Positions 1-56,522 of a stretch of 64,000 nucleotides of DNA are shown here, piece by piece. This DNA comes from Octopus sinensis (Eukaryota), in NCBI RefSeq assembly GCF_006345805.1, contig NC_043021.1, positions 12,710,001-12,774,000 on the forward strand, given 5' to 3'. The notes under the pieces are model-generated. The model had not been told where the DNA came from. It made no database searches and saw only the letters and a list, made by a program, of their open reading frames with translations. A program made the position numbers and the translations under genes. Position 1 is the first letter of the stretch; each line of letters begins with the position of its first letter.

Positions 1-60
1 GGTATGTAGATAGGTAGACAGACAGACAGACAGAAATATAAATAGAGAGATAGGTGGACA

Positions 61-444
61 TGGAAGCACTCCGTTGGTTACGACGACGAGGATTCCGGTT
101 GATCCGAATCAACGGAACAGCCTGCTCGTGAAATTAACGAGTAAGTGGCTGAGCACTCCACAGAAACGTGTACCATTAACATAGTTCTCGGGGATATTCA
201 GCGTGACACAGAGAGTGACAAGGCCGGCCCTTTGAAATATAGGTACAACAGAAACAGGAAGTAAGAGTGAGAGAAAGTTGTGGTGAAAGAGTACAGCAGG
301 GATCACCACCATCCCCTGCCGGAGCCTTGTGGAGCTTTAGGTGTTTTTGCTCAATAAACACTCACAACGCCCGGTCTGGGAATCGAAACCGCGATCCTAT
401 GACCGCGAGTCCGCTGCCCTAACCACTGGGCCATTGCGCCTCCA
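61..444 (-). mobile_element. tRNA-headed SINE, family A (head GGAGGCGCAATGGCCCAGTGG)
   Basis: A/B-box-like head at 444-390; partial homologous copies at about 16550-16740, 25425-25618 and 51905-52198. Confidence 0.85.
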
Positions 445-567
445 CAAGAGAGATAGGTAGATAGGCAAAGAGATGGGGAGAGAAAGACCGATAGCTAGGG
501 AGATAGACAGACAAAAGCAAGCAGATAAACAGAGTGACAGATAGTCAGATAGACAGATAATACTTAC

Positions 568-43987
<43,420 letters not shown>

Positions 43988-44152
43988 TTTTCTTTAAAAA
44001 AAAATCTACCCGCTTTTACTCTCTCTCTCTGTTTTTCTCTTTCCCTCTCACTCTATTTGTTTTTCTCTATTTTTGTCATTTTCTGCATTTTCTTTTCTCT
44101 GTTTCGCTCACTCCCTTACGTTGTTATTGTCTTGCACGTTTATGGCATCGGC

Positions 44153-44166
44153 GTTACCATAGTAAC
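44153..44166. promoter_or_regulatory. RFX X-box in ADGB proximal promoter
   Basis: GTTACCATAGTAAC fits GTNRCC-N2-RGYAAC exactly, in a locally CpG-richer segment 166 bp upstream of the ADGB ATG. Confidence 0.8.
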
Positions 44167-46708
44167 AGATACGGTGTCGAGTAACGTGTAGAGCCCACGT
44201 AAAAATAATCTGGATCGAAGTAGGTGATACTGGAGGGGCTTATTCTGGTTCTAATTAAAGCGATTCAAACTGTTTGACTGCGTTCAAGATCCTAACCGCT
44301 GTCATTACGAACAGACACACATTTACCTAAGAAAACTATATATGTTATTCAAAACAAGTATTGTAGGACGTATGACATGCCAAGCATGAAACTAATAGCC
44401 TTAGAGTACCAACAAGAACAACCGTATTAGATGCGCAGAGCATTTTATTCATAATCCAGTTCAAATCTATGATGTCGCTATCGACATTGGAATTGGTATG
44501 AACGTTTTTGAGCAATCTTTATCAGTTGTAATTGTTTCAAATTTTAATTCGTTCATTTTTCGTCTATGAAACCGCACCTACATTCGTTGTCCTTGAAGCC
44601 CACATAGTAATCTTTCTTTTCGTTACTTCTCTCTTCTCTGTTGTGCGATGCACTTCTTAGCATCGGCCACGTTACAGTGTTGACTGGGTACATTGTATCA
44701 AGCCAGAGGTTCATTGCAGCACGACTTAAAACAGTCCTCAATCAGTTTTCTTTAATTACTTCCTATAGTAATTTCCTATTTTTTCTTTTCTCTCTTTTTT
44801 TTTTCTTTTTAATTTTTTCAATTTTGTTCTCTGTTTCGTCCAATTTTCTAATTTAATTTTGTAAAACGGTAAAAGGCAAGACTTCCGTCCCCCACAAAAA
44901 ACCCCACCCTTTTTTAAAACTTTTTTTGATATACCACCCCGCCCCCATCGGCTACGGAGAATACAAATCTGCAAAAAAATTGGCAAAAATCGACATTTCT
45001 AAATTACCACCCACCACCCCCATTTCCTTCATTTAAAACTTTTTTCAGAATTTTTTTTTTTCCTGAGAATATGCGTAAAATACGGAGATTATGATTCTGA
45101 AAAAGAGAAGACGACACAACTGTAAAATGTTAAGAGAAAAGTTTTTTATTAGATGTTAGCAGAGTGTATGTCTGTGTGTGCGACTTAAGTACATATATGA
45201 TAAGAACAATAATAATAGACAGGCCGTCATGCATACAATAATGTGTATGCGTGTGAGATAAAATACAGAGCATGGGAAGAGTCTACAATAGGATGCTAGA
45301 TGAATGTTCAGACACAGGATGAAGGTACACAATGGTTGAAGCTCTGTACAAGAAGTTGAGGCGAAAATTGCAGAGCCGGTCGAAAGCACATGTCGTTACT
45401 TGATACAGAAGGTTCTCACAGGTTGAGTTTACTGTTAACCATGGTGAAGTATTCACAAACAGTGAGAAGTTAAACCTAGGCAAAGTTGCTGTTGGCATCG
45501 TTAAGATGAAGGCGACGGTGGTGGAGGCGACAGAGATAGAGGTCCAGAAATGCTGCTAGTGTTGTCTGTTGCTGGAACTGGCTGTGCTCTGTGGTCAGTG
45601 GTCTAGAACCCAAGACAAAATACGGTTTGGTGATCTAGCTTTTATAGTTACTAGGAGGCTCCAACAGAGAATTTAGAAGACTGTGTCATGGGACCTTATC
45701 AGAAGGCTGCAATTGGTTGGATCGCACATTGGTGCACAATAGAACAAGAGACAAATTGCACCAATACCAACCAATCAGAGTAGTAGACACAACAGGACCC
45801 AAGCTGTTGAAGGTTAGCTGTTATCTGCTACGTCCGTATTTATGTTATATAACGGAGAGAGAGAGAAAATTTCACTGTGGTTCGGAAAAGAGGGTATTTA
45901 CAGTATAAATAAAAGAATATAAGGCGTGGTTGTAATAAGAAACTTGCTTCCCAGCCACATGGTTCCGGGTTCAGTCCCACTACATGACACCTTAGGCAAG
46001 TGTCATCTACTATAGCCTTGGGCCAGCTAAAGCCTTGTGAATGGGTTTGGTAGATGGAAACTAAAAGAACACTGTCATCTGTGTGTGTGTGTGTGTATCT
46101 TTGCGTCTGTGTTTGTTCCTCACCATTGTTTGACAATTGATGTAGGTGTGTAACTTAGCAAAAGGGACTGATAGAATAAGTACTAGGCTTAAATCTACCC
46201 AGGGTAGATTTGTTTGACTAAAACCCTTCAAGTCGGTGCCCGAGCATGACCACACTCAAATGACTGAAACAAATGAAAGATTTAAAAATGTGTGTGTGTG
46301 TGTGTTTGTTCTTCACCACTGCTTGACAACTGGCGTTGGTGTGTTTACACCCCCATAACTTAGCAGTTTGGTAAAAAAAAACAAAAAAGGAACAATAGAA
46401 TAAGTACTGGGTTTCATTCATTCAATTAAAATTCTTTAAGGCAATGCCCCAGTATGGCCACAGTCTAATGGTCGAAGCAATTAAAGTCAAAGGTAAAATA
46501 TATATGAACCTGGTGGTAATTGTTGGCAACTCTCAACATAAAAGGGGAGATAATTCAAAGCCCACTGTATTTCATAGACAGGGAAGAGAATAGAAAGAAA
46601 GAGAGAGAGAGAGAAAAGGTAAAGTTTAACAACAAAATTATGACATCACAATATTGTGATGTAAATATCTTGTTTGGTTTCTATGTTGCTATTTTTACCA
46701 TTCCTTAG

Positions 46709-46862
46709 CTTCTGAATTGGCCGTGAAGAAGAACTGTAAGATAATGGACAGCTTCAGAAATATTCCGCCACTGCCCTTCTCGTTAAATCTACTCAAATTT
46801 ACATTTTATTTGATCTGGTACTTCATAGTTTTTATAGATATATTTTATTATTTAATGTGCGG
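46709..46862 (+). CDS. Candidate exon of unidentified small plus-strand gene (ATG at 46744; hydrophobic segment)
   Basis: ccttag acceptor; open frame SELAVKKNCKIMDSFRNIPPLPFSLNLLKFTFYLIWYFIVFIDIFYYLMC+GG; strong donor GTGAGT; phase 2 matches the 49102 exon. Confidence 0.5.
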
Positions 46863-46965
46863 GTGAGTTTATTTATTTCATTTTATTTTATTATATTTTA
46901 TTTTATTTTATTTTCAAATGAGAAATGAAAGCAGCACTAGTGTAACAAACATTATCGACATTATA

Positions 46966-47765
46966 GGCGTAGGAGTGGCTGTGTGGTATAGATTACTTTC
47001 TTGGCACCCCGACTTGCGGATGCAGGGATGCCTGCAGGTTGTAAGAGAATTAATCGGGGTCTCGAGATAAGAGGTTCATCGCCTCAATATATGTCTTGTT
47101 TTAAATTGTAATGGACTTCTTAGTCCAAAAAATTGTAAGATATTGTAAATTGTAAGATGGTTGTTACCTCAAGATGTGTCTTTCTAAAAGAACAATGTTA
47201 CAGAGAAGCAGAGGGTCGGCGGGCGCTTTCTGTCTTCTTCCATCCTTATCATCCTGAATTATTATCATTTGCTTCATCAATGTCTTGTCCAACCCGCAAA
47301 ACTACCCATCTTTGTACTGCCTCTATGGCAAATTTGATAAAATAAAGTAGCTTGCTTACGAACCATGTGGTTCTGGGTTCAGTCCCACTGCGTGCCACCA
47401 TGGGCAAGTGTCTTCAACTATAGCTTCAAGCCGACCAAAGCCTTGTGAGTGGATTTGGTTGACGGAAACTGAAGAAGCCCATTGTATATATGTATATATA
47501 TATATATATATAATATATATATATATATAATAATATATATATATATTATATATATAATGTATGTGTGTATTGTTTGTGTGTCTGTGTTTGTCCCCCGCCC
47601 CCTTAACAACTGATGCTGGTGTGTTTACGTCCCTGTAATGTAGGGTTTCAGCAAAAGAGACTAATAGAATAATTACTAGGCTTACAAAGAAAAAGTCCTG
47701 GGGTTGATTTGCTCCAGCATGGCCACAGTCAAATAACTGAAACAAGTAAAAGAGTAAAAGAGACT
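46966..47765 (+). mobile_element. SINE family C split in its A-box region by a 357-bp insert
   Basis: gtgtggta (46981-46988) resumes as agtagcttgc at 47346; the insert ends in AATAAA/A-rich sequence. Confidence 0.8.
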
Positions 47766-49101
47766 ACAAGTATTTAATGTGTGTGTTTTGTGGTCGATAA
47801 TGTTTATTTTTATTATTGTACTTATTTCAGTGTCCTTTGTCTGAAATCTTTCTTCACACGTCCTGTAACCTCTTCAGTGACTTCTCATCCCACATGTCTC
47901 CTCGTGTTCCATTTAGTCCATGCCTGGCAGACCTTATCCCTTGAATTAGAAATCAATATTTCTATGGACATGAGGGCAGTGAGCTGGCAGAACCGTTAGC
48001 ACACTGGGCAAAATGCTTAGCAGCATTTCGTCCATCATTACGTTCTGAGTTCAAATTCCACCAGGGTTAACTTTGCCTTTCATCCTTTTAGATTCAATAA
48101 AATAAGTACTAGTGAAATTCTGGGGGTCGATGTAATCGACTAGTCTCTTTCACCAAAACTTCAGGCCTTGTGCCTATTGTTGAGACCCCCTTTGGTCACA
48201 AATGACCATGGGATTGCACCTAGAAAGTTACCCTCCCAGGCACAAGTCGGGCAAGGTTGTTTATGGAAGACCAGCAGTTGGCCATGCATACCAGCCTCCC
48301 CTCTCCACACCACCAGTGTTATCCAAGGGAAAGACAAAGGGGCCTATACAGCTTGGCACCTGTGACGTCACAACTCATTTCTACAGCTGAGTGAACTGGA
48401 GCAACCTCACAATCTTAAGTTCACAAACTTACAACCTCACAATCTTAAGCTCGACGCTCTAAACACTAAGCCATGCGCCTTCACCCTTGTGCCTATAATA
48501 GGATTATTATTATTATTATTAAGGCTGTGAGCTGACAGAATCGTTAGCACACTGGGCAAAATGCCTGGTGCCATTTTGTTCGTCTTTACATTCTGAGCTC
48601 AAATTCCATGGAGGTCGACTTTGCCTTTCTTCCTTTCAGGGTTGATAAAATAAGTACCAGTTGAGTACTGGGGGCGATGTAATTGACTAGTCCTCCTCCC
48701 CTGAGCTTGCTGGCCTCATGCCAAAATTTGAAACTGATATATTGTGGAACATGTGTTTGTGTGTGTGTGTGTGTGCATGTGTATATATGTGTTTGTGTGT
48801 ATATGTTACTGTGTGCCTTTGTATATTTGCTCGCCACCACTATTTGACAACCAGTGTTGGTTTGTTTATGTCCCTGTATCTTAGCAGTTTGGCAAAAGAG
48901 GCCGATTGACTAAGCACCACACATAAAAAAATTACATATCGGGGTCAATGTATTTTACCAAACCCTTCAAGTCATTGCCCCAGCTTGGCCACAATCCAAT
49001 GGCTGAAACAAGTAAAAGATAAAAGATTTATTCTAATTCCTTCTCCCTTTCTCTGTCACTTACGGATTTTTTTTTCTATTCCTTTTTTTCTTCTCTTCCA
49101 G

Positions 49102-49321
49102 TTGCCACAATTGTAGTGAAGTAATACCGGAAAATGTTCTGGCTGACGAAATATTGACAACAACATCAATGTGGGACAATTTCCTGATCTTATCAACGGT
49201 AGTTAAGGGAAATTATTGCTGTGAGCACTGCCACTCTCTCTACAGAGTCCGAATCTGGAGGAATTTACCCGTTATTGGAAACTGGATTTGTGACATTACT
49301 TTAGCTTTCCATTTACTATAA
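49102..49321 (+). CDS. Candidate terminal coding exon of the same small gene (Cys-rich)
   Basis: Long pyrimidine tract + ttccag; 72 open codons CHNCSEVIPENVLADEILTTTSMWDNFLILSTVVKGNYCCEHCHSLYRVRIWRNLPVIGNWICDITLAFHLL, stop TAA 49319-49321. Confidence 0.5.
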
Positions 49322-49781
49322 ACTGTACGATAATAAACAGGATTATTTCATCATTGCTAAAGGTCTCATGCTGTCAGTTGGGTCACATTCATTAGAGACA
49401 CCGAAATAAATTTGATTGTATTTCAGACTGACTCACATGTTTGGCTGATCGACACGACATGCATGAAACCTTTAGGGATGAGGAAATATTCTGTTTAGCA
49501 ACACACAATCGAAACAGACTGTACACACTTCTAACATAGACATGTAATGATGAACAGCTTGCAATTTTTCACAAAACACAAAACTAGTACCATTTAAATC
49601 GACATATATAATGAGTGTATATACAGGACAAATATGTGCACACAAGAAGGTGAAAGGAGAGATCTTAACACAGAATTCAGAGCATATATTATATCATAGG
49701 AAGCTGAAACCACCACAAATTGTAACTCCAAGTTTTAGTTTCCAATCTCTGGAAGATAATAACTGATAGAACACACAAAAC

Positions 49782-49914
49782 ATATATATATTATATATAT
49801 ATATTATATATATATATATATTATATATATATTATATATAATATATATATTATATATATATTTATATATAATATATTATATATATATTATATATATATAT
49901 ATATTATATATATA

Positions 49915-49953
<39 letters not shown>

Positions 49954-50061
49954 TTATAATATATTATTATATATATATATATTATATATATATATAATAT
50001 ATATATATATATTATATATTATATTAATATAATAATATATATTTATATATATATAAATTAT

Positions 50062-50126
<65 letters not shown>

Positions 50127-50187
50127 TAATATATTATATATAATATATATATATATTATATATATATATATATATATAATATATATA

Positions 50188-50225
<38 letters not shown>

Positions 50226-50321
50226 TTATATATTATATATATAATATATATAATAATATATATTATATATTATATATATATATAATATATATAATATATT
50301 ATATATATATAATATAATATA

Positions 50322-50367
<46 letters not shown>

Positions 50368-50456
50368 ATAATATATATATAATATATATATATATTATAT
50401 ATATATATAATATATATATATATAATATATATATATATAATTATATATATTATATA

Positions 50457-50489
<33 letters not shown>

Positions 50490-50925
50490 ATAATATATAT
50501 ATAATATTATATATATATATAATATATATATAATTAATATATATATAATATATATATATATAATATATATATATAATTATATATATTATAATATATAATA
50601 TAATATTATATATTATATATATATATTATATATATATATAATATATATATATTAATTATATTATTATATAATAATATATATATATTATATATATATATTA
50701 TATATATATAATATATATATATTATATATATTAATATATATATATTATATATATATATAATATATATAATAATATATATATATTATATATATTATATATA
50801 TAATATATAAATGTTATATTATATAATATATATAATTAATATATATATTATATATATTATATATTATAATATATATATATTATAATTATTATATATATAT
50901 AATATATATATTAATCATATATAAT

Positions 50926-50957
<32 letters not shown>

Positions 50958-51180
50958 GTTTATATATTATATATATTATATATATATAATATATATATAT
51001 TATATTATATTATATATATAATTATATATATATTATATTATATAATATATATATATTATATATATATTATTATATATAATATAATATATATATCTATAAT
51101 ATATATATATATATATAATATATTATATATATATAATAATATATTATATTATATATATATATATATTATTATATATATAT
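49782..51180. repeat. About 1.4-kb degenerate (TA)n tract
   Basis: Almost exclusively A/T. Confidence 0.97.
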
Positions 51181-53583
51181 ACACACATACTATATATGTA
51201 TGTATGTATCTGACAGAAAAATATGATGCAAATATTCAAGTGTGATGTGTAGATTTTGTTTGATTGGACATTGGGAAAATACCCATCATGCATTGCTTTG
51301 TTAGATCCTGTGTGGTTTAAATATGTTGGAAAAAAAAAAAATTTTTTTTAATAAAAAAGAAATCTTAAAAAATAAGTGTATAATTTAATTAGTGTAAGAA
51401 TACTTAAATTTATATAATTGTGACATAAAATTGGTTTAACTGTTTATAGCATTCAGATTACTCTGTCAAGTGTCATACTTTTTTATCCACATTGTTTGGA
51501 ATTAGTCATGCATTATCGTGTGGCTTCAAGATTTCAAGGATGTGGTTGTTCATGTTTACAATGACTTTGTTGGGTAGGTGTAAGATGTTGGATCTGGCCA
51601 GTTTGAATATAAAAGGCAGAATAGTTTGGCCAAATATGGCTGGTTTAAATGCTCTTTCGAATTCAGACTGCTCTGTCAAAAGTAAAGCTTATTTATTCAC
51701 ACTTGTTTTGAACTAATCATGCATGATCTCATAGCTTTGAGATTTCGACAATGTGATTGACATTGTAGGGTAGATGTGAGAGTCTGGATCTGGCTAGTTT
51801 GAACATAACATAACAGAGTAATTGGGCTGGATATGACTGGTTTAAACACTAAAGGGTTAAAGATAACACATACATGCATACATACACGATAAATGATAAA
51901 CGTTGCCCTTTTCAAGCCTAGCAAGGCTCATGGGCCTGGTTTCCGTGGCGTATGTGTCCCCACCAGCTGGACAGGACGCCAGTCCATCGCAGCGTTACTT
52001 AAGAAACAGGAAGAGAAAGTGAGAGAAATTTGTGGTGGAAAAGTACAACAGAGGTCGCCACCACCCCTTGCCAGAGCCTCGTGGAGCTTTTTAGGTGTTT
52101 TCGCTCAATAAACACACACAATGCCTGGTCTGAAAATCGAAACCGCGATCCTCCGACTGCGAGTCCGCTGTCCTAACCACTGGGCCATTGCGCCTCCACT
52201 AAATTAAATGCGCCCTTTTTAAAGCTTAGCCAGGCTCATGGGCCCGGTTTCAATGGTGTATATATTCCCCAGCTGGATGGGACACCAGTCCATCACAGTG
52301 TTACTCAATTTTGCCAGCTGAGTGAACTGGAGCAATGTGAAATGAAGTGTTTTGCTCAAGAACACAACGCGCCGCCCGTCCAGGAATCGAAACCACAATC
52401 TTACAATCATGATGCTGACACCCTAACCACTAAGCCACGTGCCTCCACATATATGTGTGTAAGAAAGAGAGACTGTCTGTGAGGTTAAGAAATCTCTTCT
52501 TGATTCATGTTGACTCAGACTCAGTCCCACTTTGTGGCACTCTGAGCTGACCAAAGCCTTGTGAGTAGATTTAGTTGATGGAAACTGTAAAATGCCCATC
52601 ATACACGTGCATAAGGTGGTTGGTGTTGGGAAAGGCATCCAGTCATAAAAACCATGCCAAAACAGATGGTGAATCCTGGTGCATTTTCTGCCTAGCCAGC
52701 CCCTGTCAAACCGTCCAACCAATGCCAGCATGGGAAACAGACATTAAGTGATGGTGGTGGTGCTGCTGCTCTTTTTTCTTCTTATTACTATTATTGTTTT
52801 CTAGGCACAAGGCCTGAAATTTTGGGGGAGAGGGCCACTTGATTAGATTGACTCCAGTACGCAACTAGTACTTAATTTATTGACAACAAAAAGATGAAAG
52901 GCAAAAATCGACCTCGGCAGAATTTGAACTCAGAACATAAAGACAGACGAAATACTGCTAAGCCTGTCGCCCGGTGTGCTGTTTCTGCCAGCTCACCGTC
53001 GCCACTATTACTGTTAAGGCAGCAACCTGGTAGAATTGTTAGCACACTGGGCAAAATGCTTAGAGGCATTTCATTCATCCCTATGTTCTAAGTTCAAATT
53101 CTGCTGAAATCAACTTTGCCTTTCGTCCTTTTGGGGTCAATAAATTAAGTACCAGTCAAGTACTAGGGTCAATGGAATCGACTAGTCCCCTCCCCCAAAT
53201 TTCAGGCCTTGTGCCTTTAGCAGAAAGCATTATTATTATTATTACTACTGTTGAAGCTATACCAAAGCAGACATTGGAGCATGGTTCAGTCGTCCAACAC
53301 ATCAGATCCTATCAAAGTGTCTTCTGACCTGTGCTAGGATAAAAGACATGTTAAAAGATAATCACGACAATGGTGAAAGAAGTGTTCATTAGAGACCATG
53401 TTAAGACAGTGGATTAGAGGAATTATTAGAGCATTAGACAAAATCCTCATCTTTTAATGTCCACGTTCCGTGCAGACATGGGTTGGATGGCTCGACAGGA
53501 TTTTACAAGTCTGAGGACTTGATCTGCTTTGGCATGGTTTCTGCAGCTGAACACCTTTCCTGTTTCCAGCCACTTTACAGAAT

Positions 53584-53790
53584 ACAAGGGGGTGCTGAAA
53601 AGTTCTTAACTTTAGGTATAAGAAAATACAGGAAGATCGATTAATTAGGATTTTATTCAATATATTTCCCTCTCAGATTCACACACTTATTGCAGCGGTT
53701 CTTCATTTTATTCTAAGCCCTGTAAAAGAACTTAGGTTGGGCCTCTACCCAGGTTTTTCGCAATAACCTTGTAGCATGGAGCTTTTCAAA
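53584..53790 (-). mobile_element. mariner 3' end relic
   Basis: NRCNKCVNLRGKYIE* on minus strand, followed by a TIR-like end (tacaagggggtgctgaaaagtt on +). Confidence 0.7.
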
Positions 53791-54694
53791 ACTCCCCCAT
53801 ATACTAGGTGCTTTGCAGTATTTGTTTCAGTTCTTTATATTCTTAGTTCAACTCCCACCTTAAGTTAACTTTGCTTTTCATCCCTCAGGGGTTGATAAAA
53901 TAAAGTACCAATCATATTCTGGGGTTAATGGTATTAACTAATCCCTCACCTTTTGTTTGGTGTGTTAATGATTCTGCCAGCTTGCCATTTTAATAATAAT
54001 AATCCTTTCTACTATAAGCGCAAGGCTTGGATTTTGTGGGGAGCTGGACAGTCGATCACATCAACCCAGTACTCAACTGGTACATAATCTATTGATCCCG
54101 AAAGGCAAAGTTGACCTTGGCGTAATTTGAACTCAGAACATAGCGACAGATGAAATACCACTAAGCATTTCATCGAACATGCTAACAATTCTGCCAGCTC
54201 ACCACCTTAATAATAATGATTTCAAATTTTGACATAAGCCCAGGGAGGGGATAAATCAAGTACATTGATCCCCAGTGTTCAATTGGTACTTATTTTATCA
54301 ATCCCCAAGGGATAAAAGGCAAAGCTGACCTCGGTGGAAACATTTTGCCCAGCATGCTAACAATTCTCCCAGCTCACTGCCTTTTTAATAATAATAGTTA
54401 CTAATTTAGGCACAAGGCAAGCAACTTTTAAGGGAAGAAGTTAGACAATTACATCAACCCAACTACTTAATTGGCACCTATTTTATTAAACCCAGAGGTG
54501 AATAACAAAGTCAACCCTGGAGCGGTTTGTACTCAAAATGAAAATAGCCAAAAACAAATACCACAAAAGATTTTCTCCAACCCTCTTAATAATTCTGCCC
54601 ACATAACCACTTTTACAATAGGAAATAAGATTAATTAAACTGTCATCAACAAATTAAAACAAAACCAAAAGCCAAGATGAAATACATAGCTGTA

Positions 54695-54775
54695 TTTATT
54701 AAAATATTTTTGTTTTTAATTACTTCAAAAGAAAAAAATTGGTACGGCAAGAATTTATATTACAACAATTTTATT
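54695..54775 (-). other. Candidate polyadenylation signals (two AATAAA) of the right-hand minus-strand gene
   Basis: tttatt on + at 54695-54700 and 54770-54775, at the end of the putative 3'UTR. Confidence 0.45.
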
Positions 54776-55078
54776 ATAATTAAATTTTCCACTAATGAAT
54801 AACAGAATGATCAAAGTGATAAATACACCAACACAGAATTGTTGTTCTTTAATATTAATGGGTGGGTAGTAGTAGTAGTAGTAGTTGCAGCAGCAGCAGT
54901 ACGAACCAACCAGTCCGTCAGCAACAGTCCAGTTCCACTGTCTTCTAGCGTTCACCACTAGACAATGCTGGGCCAAATCTACAGATGGAAAAAGTGTGTA
55001 GGGGCAGGGCAGGGCAGGGTGGTGGGGAAAGGGTTTCAGAGAGCAAAACCAGATTCAACTAGTTCGTAATAAGAATAT

Positions 55079-55116
<38 letters not shown>

Positions 55117-56294
55117 ATAGACTTAGAAATAAAATTTAAAAATTAGCAGAGCTAGGCTAGTTCCAGTATCTTTGGGGATTAAAAGGGGATGGGGAAACAA
55201 ATTGGAGGTTTCTGACATTCCAACCGATGCCAAATCAAGACAAAGAACTATGATAGTTTAATTACGTTTGAGTTCTAAAACTGAAAAACAGAGAACAGTT
55301 TGTTTTTGTTTTTTTGCCATAAGTTAAGCCTTAAATAAAAACTCAGAGATCGATAAATTAATATTCAAGCCATAGACTGGTGTGTTGCGACAGATACAAC
55401 ATTACACCCACAAATATGTGTATATTTGCTTATTGGATGTTCATCAGATGACTTTTTTTTTGTTTTGTTTCACTGAGCTGGGTTTGTGGAAAAGTGCAGA
55501 GGGGGAGGAAAAGAGGGAGAGAGAGAACATATCTGCACTTGCAGTCATGCACCACACTCAGATCTCTACACCGATTACAGCAAGAGAACATAAAACTCAG
55601 AGAGCAGAATAGGTGACAGGCAGGTTGGCCAGTTGGCTGGTGATGTGTGCTAATTTTAGTAGGTTATACCAAGTTTAGACCAATAAAATATGGGACCAAC
55701 CAATATTAAATAAAAAAAAAAATTATAGAAATTAAAAAAAAAGAATACAGTAAGAAAGTGGGGGTGGAGAAAGATGAAGGGTAGAAATAATAAGGAATTG
55801 GGAGTAGGGGTGAACCCCACCCCTTACAGACTAAGCCAATGAAGTCACCGGACAAATAAAACAAACGTCATTGCTTGGTTAGACTGAATGTCAGGGCGAT
55901 GAGGGGAGCGGGGGTTTCATACAATTTCAGAGAATTCTGTTGTTCATATGATATGCATTGACTTTTTTTTTCTGTTTTCTTCTTTTTTTTTGTTTTAACA
56001 AAACAATAAACAAAAACACCAATGGTCAGCAAAGACTAAGAGCTGTTGTTGTTGTCGTCGTCATTTGTCTGTGTTGGTGATATTGGATAGTGGCGATGGT
56101 GAGCAACAGGTTACTAAAAAACAAAAAACTTCTTGCCGGGACAAAGGGCTCCCTTACCCTAATCCACCCCACCCACAAGGGGACGCAAGAGAGATAGAGA
56201 TAGATATAAGATCTATTTAGAGGTCGGAAGTTTTCGAGACAGATATTGATATTTTTCTTTAGTTGCTTATTCTTTTGGGGGGTATTAACCTAAT

Positions 56295-56422
56295 TCAGTC
56301 GTCGTCAATGCAGATGATATCTTTCTTCGTTGCAGATTTGGGAAGCTCTCCTTTCTCAATGTTCACACCATCACTACCACTTATTTCTTTCTTTGGAAGG
56401 TCTGGAGTAGGAGTCATCGAAC
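56295..56422 (-). CDS. Last coding exon of an unidentified gene; C-terminal SIM-like IICIDDD
   Basis: Acceptor cttttggcag; (G)SMTPTPDLPKKEISGSDGVNIEKGELPKSATKKDIICIDDD then TGA; followed by about 1.6 kb of SINE-poor, U-run-rich 3'UTR-like sequence. Confidence 0.6.
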
Positions 56423-56468
56423 CTGCCAAAAGATTAAAACCTAGGTTATTCACAAAATAGCTACAACA

Positions 56469-56522
<54 letters not shown>

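Noticed and set aside
61-444. tRNA genes at SINE heads throughout the window
   Set aside because: Only A/B-box-like heads, without full cloverleafs, continuing into SINE bodies.
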